DNA of 64,000 nt, taken from Macrostomum lignano. Taxonomy: Eukaryota. The notes under the pieces were generated by a model, which was not told the DNA's origin, ran no database searches, and saw nothing but the letters and a program-made list of their open reading frames with translations. Positions 13,731 to 25,260 of this stretch are shown piece by piece (the stretch's first letter is position 1; each line of letters opens with the position of its first letter). The position numbers were made by a program, and so were the translations under genes. The stretch is taken from positions 94,144-158,143 of the forward strand of contig NIVC01002599.1 of the NCBI GenBank assembly GCA_002269645.1, given 5' to 3'.

Positions 13731-14542
13731 CAACAACAACAACAACAACAACAAGTTACGCCCCAGGGTCGATGTTGGGCGTCACAGGTCGCGCCTCAGA
13801 GCACGGGAGCGGAGAAAGGCCGGTCCACCGGCCTGGTCGGGGGCGCCAGCATCGGCCAGCAGGCAGTCCGGATACCGCCGAGTGCGCGCCTGCCCCCGCC
13901 GGAAGGGCGCCGGGAGCGCAAGCAGCAGCGTCTCCTGCGCCGGCTCGGGGCAGTACGCCTCAGCGCGGATGAGGTGGCCTGCCAGCTGGAGCCGCCGACG
14001 GCGGAGCAGATCGCTGGGGCGGGACAGGCGAGCTCGGGCGTACAGCGCCACGTTGGTGACATGCTCACCGCCGCCGATCTTGAAGGCAGCGCGCAGCAGG
14101 CCGGCGTGCGCTGCGTCGACCTGTCGCTCGAGCGTCTCCGTCAGCGTCCATGTTTCAGCGTTGTAGAGCAGGACGGTCTCGATCATCGCCTGGAACAACG
14201 CCGAGCGCTGGCGGTCTGGCAGGGCCGCAGAGTGCAGGACGGTCCTCATGGAGTTGAAGGCCGCCCAAGCGAGTCCACGGCGACGCCTCAGGTCGTCGAA
14301 GGCGTCAGGTACCAGGCCGCCGAGGTACACGAACTGCTGAACGCGCGGCAGCAGCGTTGCCTGCCCATCAGCGCCTCGGCAGTAGATGTCGGCTTGGATG
14401 TTGGTGGGCATGGTGAGCACGACGGTCTTTTGCGTGTTGATCACCAGGCCGACGCTCGCAGCAACGCCAACCAGACGGTCCAGCTGACGTTGGGCGCCCT
14501 CGACGGTTGAGGACAGCAGAGCGAGATCATCGGCGAGAACAC
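13731..14542 (-). mobile_element. 5'-truncated RTE-like non-LTR retrotransposon with (TTG)n tail and 12-bp TSD
   Basis: Uninterrupted minus-strand ORF from ADDLALL (RT motif) through LLYNAETWTLT to stop at 13782; (CAA)n at 13731-13754 on plus; TSD cagcacataaaa at 13719-13730 and 14543-14554. Confidence 0.93.
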
Positions 14543-15502
14543 CAGCACATAAAAGCAAGTAATTAAAAGTGCGAATACCAGTTTGCAACTGAGCAAAAGG
14601 TAAAAAATAAAGTGCACCCGATAGAACAGGTCAAGAAGGCCTTTGACTCAACTGATCAGATTGATAAATCATAAAAATGCACTTTTAAATCATAAAAACT
14701 GCCTACGAGATGGTAACTTCTTAGCACAAAACTAGCAAAAATTGATCCCTAAGAACAAGTACAAGATGTCATAGAAAATGAACAAATAAGTCCCAGAATA
14801 AATACAAGGTAAAGAGGAAAAACTCAGAACTAGCCTACTGATAAAAGTAGAAGAGAAGGATATGAAAGCCTAGGTGGGATTCTAAGATTGCAAAAAGTGT
14901 AATAAATAATCAAAGCTTTACAATTATCTTGACCAGTTGAGAACGGCTTGGGCAAAACTGTACTCTTTACTCTATAGAAAATCAATAATTAGTTCGTAAA
15001 TTCTTACTGAGAGAAGTAAAGAGATAAAGAGGGATAGAAAGAGAGAGACAGAGAGTACTCACAACTCTATCTCTCTGCTCAATCTAACTCGTCTTCACCT
15101 CGACTCATCCAGGTAAAAAGGCGGTGCCAAGATGACGAGAAGCGTAGAGAAGAGATTGGGGAGGGCAGCGGGGAGGCGGTTGTTTGTGGGATCTGCAGGC
15201 TCTACAGCGGAGAGGATACAGCTGATTGGGGAGTTGACTGTTGAGCAGAGCGGGACGGGAATCCCGCAGATTAGCGGAGTGACTGTAGCGGAGATACGAC
15301 TATACGGGCTACAGGACAGTGAGCTCACAGCTCTGGCAACCTGAGAGATCGTAGGTCCAACTGCTCAACCCAAACTATAGGTCGGGCAGTATATTGAATA
15401 GCTAAGCCATGCTCAACAGCCTATCTCTGGCAGTATATATTAAGGATCAGATTCTCAACTAATCTGGAGCGTTAGAGTTAATTCTGAATCTTCCGCGAAA
15501 CC

Positions 15503-16200
15503 ATGAGCTACACGAACTACAACACGGTAACTATGGTGATCAATGTCGTTTGCATTCTCTAGTATGCTTCTGTGTTCTATACTGATTTGCATTTGCATAA
15601 TATTACAATACACTGTCCGTCACTCTAATTAATTAACTTACCCCTTTCCGACCAAAGTCGGAAAGCGCTAATGAAAGCCTCAAGGTTAAAATAGTCAACG
15701 TTACCTGATTGTAAGAGACAAAATTGTTCTCAACTGACACCTAACAGGAGCAGCCGGCCTACGGCCAGTACACGAATCCCGTGATGCACCAGCCCGCAAC
15801 CATCGGTCAGCCAGTGGTGGTCACGCAGCCGATGTACACAACCACTGGAACAGCCAGCAGCGCCCAAGAGAAGGACTGGAACAGCGGCCTGTGCGGTTGT
15901 TGCGAGGACGTCTCCTCTTGCCTGTGCGTGTGGTGCTGCGGGCCCTGCTACCTCTGCTTCAGCCTGTCGCCTCGCATGGGTGAGCACTGCTGCACGCCGG
16001 TCTGTCTGAGCTGCGTTGACCCGTCCGGTTCTGCTCTGACTGTGCTAGTCTACCGCACTAAACTGCGAGCCAGGTACAACATTCGAGGCTCGGTGATCAA
16101 CGATTGCTGCTGCTCAGTTTGCTGCGGCGCTCTGGTTGCCTGCCAGATTAAGAGAGAGCTGGACCACCTGGAGTCCTCGCTGGGTCGGCCGCCATTCTGA
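15503..16200 (+). CDS. PLAC8/cornifelin family cysteine-rich protein (2 exons: 15503-15526, 15748-16200; 158 aa)
   Basis: DWNSGLCGCCEDVSSCLCVWCCGPC...RTKLRARYNIRGSVINDCCCSVCCGALVACQIKRE is the PLAC8 pattern. Phase-0 intron gtaact 15527 to taacag 15747. Confidence 0.92.
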
Positions 16201-16231
16201 GTTGGCTTTGTATTGGGGGCTTTGAAGTTTC

Positions 16232-16600
16232 TGACATCCTGGTGTGAGCCGTGGGGATTTGTAGTGTTTGACATCCTATTAGTGTGAGCTATGGGGATTT
16301 GTAGTGTTTGACATCCTATTAGTGTGAGCTATGGGGATTTGTAGTGTTTGACATCCTATTAGTGCAAGCTGTGGGGATTTGTAGTGTTTGACATCCTATT
16401 AGTGTGAGCTATGGGGATTTGTAGTGTTTGACATCCTATTAGTGTGAGCTATGGGGATTTGTAGTGTTTGACATCCTATTAGTGCAAGCTGTGGGGATTT
16501 GTAGTGTTTGACATCCTATTAGTGTGAGCTATGGGGATTTGTAGTGTTTGACATCCTATTAGTGTGAGCTATGGGGATTTGTAGTGTTTGACATCCTAGT
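16232..16600. repeat. 40-bp minisatellite (~9 copies) just 3' of the PLAC8 stop
   Basis: Unit atggggatttgtagtgtttgacatcctattagtgtgagct. Confidence 0.95.
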
Positions 16601-17879
16601 GCGAGTCGAAGACTTCTTAAAGGAAGTATAGCTACAGGTATTTAATTCGCCTATGAGGAAAGTTAATCAGGTTTTTCATTACTTTCGTAACCTGAAAGCT
16701 TTATTTCTGAGTGCTTAGTTTTTGTCGTGATGACTACTGAATACAGCATATCTGTCCGTATGAGAATATTTAGTTGGAGAATTTTCTCTGACTCATTAAG
16801 GATTCAGATTGTTAGATAAACACAGAAATTGTTCGTGGTAATAGTTCCAGAAAATGTGTCTTAGGCTATACTCTGGAAACTCTCGTTTCTATGCTGAGTT
16901 TGAGAAAACTTATTTATAAACTCGATGAATACTTGGTCTTAATCCAGGAAATCATATTTTTAAGCTTGAGCAACTGTTCCAGCTAAGATTTAGCAGTTTC
17001 TCAATTGCGTCCAATCTGTCAACAAGATTTAATGTTACACGCGCGATGAAAGTCCTTTATGTTGATTTTTCCTGAAAACATTTTTCACTTCATGTTTAAC
17101 CAGACTTTGATATGGTCTATTCGGTGCAAACGTATGCTTATCTTCTAGAAGCGATCAATAAAAAGTGCATGATTGAGCAATTCGTCAGCTAGCTTTCAGT
17201 TTAATTCCCGACTTGGACACTTATTTATTTGTTAATTATTCAGCTGAGAAAGTACCAGGTATGCATGATTGAAAAATCTGGGAAAAAATTAAACAAATTA
17301 TTTCGCGGCTAGGCAAAACTGAGTCGCGCATCGTGGCGGCAAGCTGATATGATGATTCTAATTTTTTTATACGAAGTATCTAATTTTTTTTGAAGAACAT
17401 CGATTTTTCTTAGAAATGAGCCGGGGAGGGTAAGGAGCGTGTACATTAGTCGTATACCGCTAATGCATTTCGCGATCGAATCTCGACCGAATTTGTCTAT
17501 GGCGTAACCCCATTCAGCGCTATGTGTTCTCTATAGAGCATACTAAATGCGCTGGCGATACGACAGATACACCGGCCTCCAGCTCATTTCTAAGAAAATC
17601 GAGTGTGGGGTCCTTCTACTTCACATGAGACGATCGTTTACATTCTATTACCTAATAAGATACGATGCGCTAGGAAAGGAAGTAAGCAAATGTTCACCCA
17701 GTGTCATAATCTATTTAATCAACCGAAATCGTTGGACTGGTTGGACGAGTTATATCAGACCAGCAATTGGAGCAACAACCGTGGCATCTACATTAACAAC
17801 AACAGCGGCTTCGGCAGCTACATCTAATGGAACAACAACAGCGGCATATGAAGGTATCTACTACTGAATCATCTGCATC

Positions 17880-18190
17880 CTCAGCGCGGTTCGTAGGCTA
17901 GATGATGCAGAATTAAAAGCGGAACTGGGCCTCCGCTATTCCAGACAACACGCGTCGCAAAGAACCATTGGCCCTTAATGTGTTCAACGAGTGGCGAAAT
18001 GCGCGCCAGAACGCAGTTTTTCGAGGAGAAACGAAAGGACTTCTTGTCTCCAAACCGATCAAAGAATGGAGTCGAGGCGATTGGAACAATCTTCTGAGGC
18101 GATTCTTCGTCGAGGTGCGCAAACACGATGGGAGCAAGTACAACGCGTCAAGCCATCGAGGGCACTGCTGCCTGTGGTTCAACTGACGAA
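17880..18190 (+). mobile_element. Crypton-type (DUF3504/KCTD1-ZMYM-like) fragment, degenerate
   Basis: IPDNTRRKEPLALNVFNEWRNAR...IKEWSRGDWNNLLRRFFVEVRKHDGSKY resembles the DUF3504 N-terminal motif (NT..T.WA.NVF.EW ... L.RF..EVRK.DG..Y) of Crypton tyrosine-recombinase transposons and their domesticated genes. No catalytic core seen. Confidence 0.7.
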
Positions 18191-19098
18191 CCTCGTCCAT
18201 CCAAGAAGAGGTAGACATGGGAGTGACTATCTACATCTATACCATCAATAATGTGATGAACTTTCGGACAATTGTTAGCCATGCTTAACTTCTTGTTGCA
18301 CTTTTGCATTCATGTCGTTTCTGTGAGACGAGTTAAATAGTCTTAGTAGGTTAAGCATACTTTACAGTTAAAGTATCGTACATGTACAACTTCGGGCATC
18401 GGAATGTCAGGTCCTTCCTGCCAGAGCACCTATCCATTTTAGCGTAATAGTTGTGTTGTAAGGGTTCCAAGCTACACTACTGAAAGTAGATACACGATTT
18501 CTATATACAAGGCGTCTATGACGAAATTAATAAATGCACGACTGATTTAATATAACCATCATATTCATATTCCTCTAAAACGTAACTGTGGATTCGAAAT
18601 CGGAACAAGTTTACTCAGCATTCAATATCCCTAATAAGCCATATAGCTACTTATCAGTCATAAATCACTTACAGAAGAGTCTCTGACAGTAGAATTGCGA
18701 TTCTTTCGCGAGTTGTCTCAGTTTTCAATTGCATGCAGAACACTTACTTGCCGATAGAGTCCATGTCGGCAGGCGGGCTGGTAGAGTGTTTGCACTGTGC
18801 AAACCAGACTGCTTCACTATCGACGCGTCTCCCATCGTCAGGGCTGGATTGAACGGGGAACAGTACTCGGTTTCCATGACTACGGAGGTAAAATAAAACA
18901 TCTCGAAGCATTTTACATTGGACTGAGAACAAACACAGTTCGATCAATACAGCAAACGCACCATACAGTTAAAAAGAAGGCTTGGAAATTCTTGATTTTC
19001 TGATTCGTCGAAGAACCAATGCAAGAGGCTGCTACTTTCTAGAGGGTAGAGACGTCACAGAACATTAGCTCGTAGTAACCTGGCATTTAATAAATCTG

Positions 19099-21122
19099 AT
19101 GGTAAGTACATTCGAGAAGATGCTCAATATGCTTGCTCTTAATAGCTGTTCTGCACCGTAGATCGGTTGATTCGAAAGCTCTGCTTTGAACAACCATCAC
19201 AGGTGGACCATTTTTGTAAGCCGCCGACAATGTTAGAGATGCCGGAGCTGAAGCGCATTCTGCACGAGGACGACGCGGAGTCGCTGATCGTCCAGCTCGA
19301 GCTGGCCAAGCCCCTCTCTCTGCAGCAGATTCTGCAGCTTGGTATCGAGCAGCTGGGTGATGACGCCGGCACTGCTGACTGCATCAAGTGCGGCAGGTCC
19401 GACTTCACGTCGTTCCTCATCGCTCACTCAACCCTGCTGGAAGTGGCCGCGTGCACACTCGCTCTCAACTGTGTCACTCTCCTCATCGACGAGTTGGAGG
19501 CCGCAGCGGAGTTTGTCGCTGACGCCGACGCCGACGCCGACGCTCTTCATCGGGCAGTCGGAGGGTCAGTCGTGCCGCTGCACTGTCTCATTGTGAAGCT
19601 GTTCACTCTGAGAGGAGGCGGCGGCGGCGGCGGCGATGCGGCATTCGAGGACCGGGCGGTGAGATTCGTGCGCCAAGTGTCGGCCGCGCGGCCTCGCTTC
19701 TTCCGCGTGTGCGCAGAGAAGGAGGCGTTCGGCCACAATGCTCTCGAGCTGGCAGTCAGTCTGCAGCTGTTCTCACTGGCTGAGTGCATTCTCGAGTCGG
19801 GCAAGTACTGCGGCGAGGTCAGTCTCGTAGCGGGCGTCAAGGTGCAGCGAGTGGATCTGAGCGAGTACGACTTCGATACCGGGGAGCGATACAACAAGAG
19901 CCCCCTGAACATGCTGGCCTTCATGGCAATGAAGGAATTGTCGCATCCTCTGAAAAGATTTCTGGAGCATCGCATTATTGCCGAAAGCACACGCAGAATT
20001 TCTAGTCGCATTAGACGCCCGATGCTCACCAGTGCAATCGTGCTCACCATCTACAAGATTATCATTTTGCTGTTTGCTCCAGCCAGCATCTACACCAGAG
20101 TGACTGTGACGCGCTTCAAAATCAGCGGGAACTCCAGCTCGTGTCCCCTGTTTGGAATTCATTTATTGTGGCAATCTATTTGTGAGCACGCGCTTGTTCA
20201 AGCTGTGATGAACGTCTCTCTCGTTGCATTCAATTTGGAGTGCTGCGTGATTCTTGTTTCAAGCGTAGCTCTGGCCAAATCTCTTACCGTTCAAAAGTCG
20301 TACACTGAAACACTGCTGGAATTTGTGTTCACCAGGAGCCAGATTCCTATAAGAATCGGCATTTTGCTTCTCTCCATCATTATGGCGTACTTTTCAGTGA
20401 GAACTAGAACTGAGCCAACTTCGATGATCCCGCTGAACGAAACCCGACCGCATCAGCTTGTAGCTTTGGACTATGCTACAAGTATCATCTACTCCCTAAC
20501 GGCACTAACCTTGGTTTACGATTGGATGCTGGTCATCGAGAAAATGGTTCTGCTTTGGGATGTCATGGGGATCTTTGCGTTTTTTGTTGCAATCATTTTG
20601 GTCGTGATGTCGCTGTTTTGCTGGTTAATATCGCTTGTTGTGCCATGCGACCCAGTGTTTCATCCCGAGATGTCAGCGGAGATTTCCTACACTCTTCTTA
20701 CTTTCTATCTGCTGCTAAATAACGGAGGTTTGTCACGAGATTCGATCAGAACACTGGGCGCTGTGTTCCTGTTGACTCACGCGCTCATTGTTCTTTTCTG
20801 CTTCAACTTCCTTATCGCGCTGCTGTCCCAGCGTCTGTCCGTGGCATCGGAAAACCTGCATCACCTCTGCACGGCCTACCGAATGCACACGTACCATTTT
20901 GTCCAGATGGCTTTCAGGAACTTGCGGAATGCTCTTGGCCTAGATAGGCGGTGTACATGTGCATGCATCGAAAAACAAAAAGACAATGAGTTCACGCCTT
21001 GGAGATTCTGCCTAATAACGGAAGCTAAATCGGATTTTCAAAGCGGTGATGCATTATCAGCGAACCGAGAAAATAGCAGCAAGGATGACTTACGTAGAAG
21101 TACGGGAAACCTCGTACTATAG
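19099..21122 (+). CDS. Divergent TRPV-like (TRPV5/6-type) channel, paralogue 1 (exons 19099-19101 ATG, 19203-21122; 640 aa)
   Basis: Ankyrin-like repeats (GHNALELAVSLQLFSLAECIL); linker VDLSEYD...KSPLNML aligns with TRPV6 YDLTEID...QSLLELI; ~6 hydrophobic segments; pore-like FYLLLNNGG; S6 LFCFNFLIALLS. ATG|gtaagt intron 19102-19202 keeps frame. Confidence 0.75.
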
Positions 21123-22089
21123 GTGGGAATTAGGAAAGCGATTTTTAAAAAATCAATGGAGCAATACATAAGACAGGCATATGTAGATGTGGTACTTCGT
21201 AAATACTCTCTTGCTTTACTTACAGTAGACAAAAAGCACATTTTAACGTTTAAGGTTTAGAGATCTCTGCATACTGTACATGTTTAGCTACGAAACTCAT
21301 TATAGCGCTACAATAAGCGGATTATTTTGGACCAGAGGTTATATATCGGTATTCGTTGCGATTTATCGACAGGTAAATTTACGAGCACCTGTAGAGCACA
21401 CTTATTCTTTTATGATGCATAACGACCTTTTCTAACTTTTTCTTTACACATACTGAATAATTCTTATCTATTTATCTTTTATTTAGCGCAATACCAAATT
21501 AAGTTCTAGAGTTTGAGTTTCATTATGAGTTATTGTCTAAATAAAACTGCTTAAATAAATATTGGTTGAAGTTTTGAGATAAAATTGAAGCATTTTCATC
21601 CTATTTCAAGTAGCTATTATGAAATAACTTTTGAAATAAAAAAATGCATTATTCTACGGTTACCGGCCAAACTGGCGACAAGACGATCCGGCGACAGATA
21701 TTTAATTGTCCTAATTTGTTGATCCTTGGCTGATAGAGGCGGCAGGCAACACAGTAAGCGAAGATGTGAAAGTTTTAATTGTTTGTTCGAATTTTTTTCG
21801 AAGCTGTTTTAATGCGTGCCCCGAGGCATTTGTTGACTGTACCTAATTTTTATGCATGTGCGGTAGTCAATCAATCTATGCATGTAACAATAATCAATGG
21901 AGCGATCCAGAAAATTGAAATTGTGTAAATGTGTCTTTTTATCACATGCAACAATTAATAATGCACATGCCAAAAATTGGAAGAATCGACCCCCGATATA
22001 GAATTTAATACTTGAAATCCACTGTAGCGCGGTAAAAAGCACAGAGCGCAGCAGAAAAATTAAAAGGAGACTCAAAACATTTCGTCATT

Positions 22090-23905
22090 ACAAACAGACC
22101 GCGATCACAGTCAATCTCGGACCAGTTGCAAGGCTCGTTGAGCTTGCTGCACGCGACTCCGCCTACAGTCGGAAGCACAGCTTCTGCAAGCGTTGGTACG
22201 TACACGTACCGCGCTGCCTCCGACGCTGTACGACCTGCCGGACCAGATTGTCTCTGCTGATGAATGAGTGTATAATTGCATGTGCCGGTGTTGAAGGCGC
22301 CTGGCTGGGCTGGAGCGAAGTCTGGGATTGGCAGAAGAGGCGCAGTTGGAGCGGGCGCGTTGAGCACCTCGCGGTAATGGGTGGCCAGCACCCAGCATCC
22401 ACCCATATTGCGGTGCTCGGTGGAATCAGCGCCGACAATGGTGTTGGGCCTGGGCTTCGTGCCAATCAGCTGGTTAATGGCCCTCCAGGCAGCACTATGG
22501 CGGCAGTTGTCAGTGGCGAGTTGGATTTCGCTCACAGCCTCTTCGATGAAGGTTTCAGTCCGCTGGGCGTAGATGCGCTGCAGCTCGTCCCTGGCAGCAC
22601 TGGCCTGGTCGCTGTCATGACCGTGGAGTGCAGCAGTGCTCTGCACATGCCGCCTTGCCTGGGAGATGATGAGATCGAGGTCCCACAGGGCCTTTGGATG
22701 ATTTGCCTGTCATCGCCAGCAGCGATGCAGCAGCCTCGACGGCGTGATGGAAAGATTCGAAGGACTCGGCTGGAGCAGGAGTGGCGGCAAGCAGCTTGCG
22801 TAGGAAGACCTGCCGCATGTCCGGGTTTCTCAGGTCGGCCCAGAGCGGGTGAGGTGGCGCAGGCCCGAGCTTTTGTCAGTGCAGATCAAAGTCGCATGCC
22901 ACCAAGCGGTGATCAGATTGGACGCAGTCCGGGCGGATGTTGAGGACTCTGCGCACCCTGGACCTCAGAGCAGTTGGGCAGAGAATCCAGTCCAACCGAG
23001 TCGTTCGCCCGTTGGGGCCAGAGAGAGTTGAAAGCTTGCTGAAGCGCTGTCGCATGGTGCCATTGACAGGCATCAGATCTCTGACCTCGATAAAACTGGA
23101 TAGAAAAGGTGAGTTGGCATTGGGGATGCCACTGGCAATGGCGAGTTGAAGTGCACCAGCAACAATGACAGAGTCACGAGCAGGGATGGAATCAAGCATG
23201 CAGCCCAGAGTGTCGTAAAATGCTTCTGTCTCAGATGGATCTTTGCTGGTCCGGGGGGGGGGGCCGTTGGAGCATAGACGCAGATGATGTGAAGTCGCCT
23301 GTCTTTTCCGGCAAAGGAGGCGTGTTCCAGGCGCTCGGATGGAAACCTGATGTCCAGCAGCGCTCTGGATGCGGCGAGCGACAGCATCGGCTGGGCCTAA
23401 GCCGATACCTCCAGTTCCCTGTGGAGTGGCTGGGGCAGCCTTGAATTGCCAGCTTAAACCCAGATCCATAGTCTCGTCAGGGTTCTGCCGCCGATGTTCT
23501 TGAACTGCCAGGATGGAGATGTTGAGGTCGGCCGCCAGCCTTGTCAGCTCCTGCAGTTTCCATGTCTGACTGAGAGTGCGGGCATTGAAGGTGGCGACCC
23601 GAATCTGGTTTTGAAGATGCGGCTGACTTGTCTCCTTGGCTCTGCTTGTGCGCGCATTGCGGGGGGCCGAGTTGGGTGGAAGCGATGGCCCTTGAGGCTC
23701 CGGTTGGCAGACCGCGAGTCCTGGTGGGTCCGACGAGCATTGTCGCGGAGCTCTTTGCGCCACGCATTAAAGGGCTGCCGGCGGCGCTGAGAGGCTTCCT
23801 GACTCCGTCGTCCCCTGTGAGTCACCAGCTTGGTTGCGCCGCGCTATCAGGACTGATGGCGGCTCCATTGGCACCTGGCCGATGCTCTGGCCGAAGCATC
23901 TGGCC
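22090..23905 (-). mobile_element. RTE-like non-LTR retrotransposon, inverted 5' part (5'UTR, APE endonuclease, linker), degenerate
   Basis: IRVATFNARTL, ILAVQEHR, GTGGIG, CVYAPT, RLDWIL...SDHRLV (APE motifs); linker AWRAINQLIG; ends near SGPAGRTASEAA..LAEAVLPTVGGV, just before the RT core. Frameshifted. Confidence 0.9.
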
Positions 23906-25192
23906 GGCCGGAGTGATTCTGCACAACCGCCTCCTGCCCGGCCTCAACCCGCTGCTGCTGAGCCTCCAAAGCGGCTTCCGCCCGGGCAGGTCCACCACCG
24001 AGCAGGTTGCCACCATCCGCTCTGTCATTGAGGCCTCCAAGACCCGCCAGCGCTCCGTGTCAATCATCTTTGTCGACTTTCGCAAGGCGTCTGACTCGGT
24101 GTCCAGGCCTGCGATCTCTTGGCTTTTATCTCACTATGGTACCTGCTGCGCTGGTGAGCGCGGTGATGGACATCTACCGCGACTCCAGGGCTTTTTTCAT
24201 GTCGAGCGACGGCCCCACAGAAAAGTTCGGCACCAGCTCAGGCGTCCTTCAGGGCGACACGCTGGCTCCTCTGCTCTTCCTCGTGGTTGTGGACTACGTG
24301 CTTCGTCGGTCCCTCCGCGAGGATGACAGCTACTTGCTGGTCTCACGCCGAAGCTCCAGACACCCTGCTGTTTCGCTTGGCGTATGCTAACGACATCCCG
24401 CTGCTCTGCCGCGATCCAGCTGCTGCCCAGCGCGCTCTCACAAGGCTCTGCGACGAGGGTGCCCGTGTTGGGCTGCTGGTGAACGCTCGCAAGACGGAGG
24501 CGCTGCACGTGTGCACGAATACCGCCCCAACTCTAACGCTGCCCAATGGAGACCGCATCGCGGTGTGCGAGGACTTCCGGTTCCTCGGCGCCCTGGTGAT
24601 GAGCCCCGATGCGATTGTCTCCGACAGGAGGAACCAGGAACGTTTTTAATTCAGCTGCCAGAGACGACCTGAAGGTGCGCCTGTTCCGCGCGGCCATCGA
24701 GCCGATCCTGATTTACGGCATGGAGGCTGTGCCGCTGACCAAAACGCGAGAGCGAGCCTTGGACGCGCTTTACCGATCGCTGCTGCGCTACGCACTGGGC
24801 GTGCACAACCCGGATCGCCTGCCGACCAACGCTCTGATGGCCCGCGCTCGAACTCCGCCCCTGAGCGCTACCCTGCGCCGGCGCCGTCAGATGCTGCTGG
24901 GCCACTGCCTACGGACCCTGGGTCGCGTTGCGCCCGTCCCTCTGGCCCTGGCCATGCTGCACTGGCCGACCGTGCAATTGCGCCGCGGCCAGGCCCGCAC
25001 TGCCACTCTGGCGGACTGCCTCATCGCTGACTTGCAGGCGCTTGAGCTCACCCCTCAGGCTGCTGCTGCCTGCCCCTCCCGCCTGTTCTGCGAGCGCATG
25101 TGCGCAAGGGGCCTCCCCTCTGCGTCCTAATATATATAATAATAGAATAATAAATAATATTTATTATTATATTATATTATATATTATTTCCT

Positions 25193-25227
<35 letters not shown>

Positions 25228-25260
25228 TATATATATATACATATATATTATTATTATTAT
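23906..25260 (+). mobile_element. RTE-like non-LTR retrotransposon, 3' part (RT to end, TA/TAA-rich tail), degenerate
   Basis: NRLLP...QSGFRPGRSTTEQ, FVDFRKASDSV, GVLQGDTLAP, AYANDI, LIYGMEAVPLT, RRRRQMLLGHCLR; stop at 25130 followed by (TA)/(TAA) tail. Confidence 0.9.

Noticed and set aside
23760-23910. HDV-like or hammerhead ribozyme in the retrotransposon 5'UTR (starts GGCCGGC, has hairpins)
   Set aside because: Could not build the nested double pseudoknot (no L3 YCCYCG, no P1.1 GG, P2 partner misplaced) or a CUGANGA/GAAA core. A covariance-model search would be needed.
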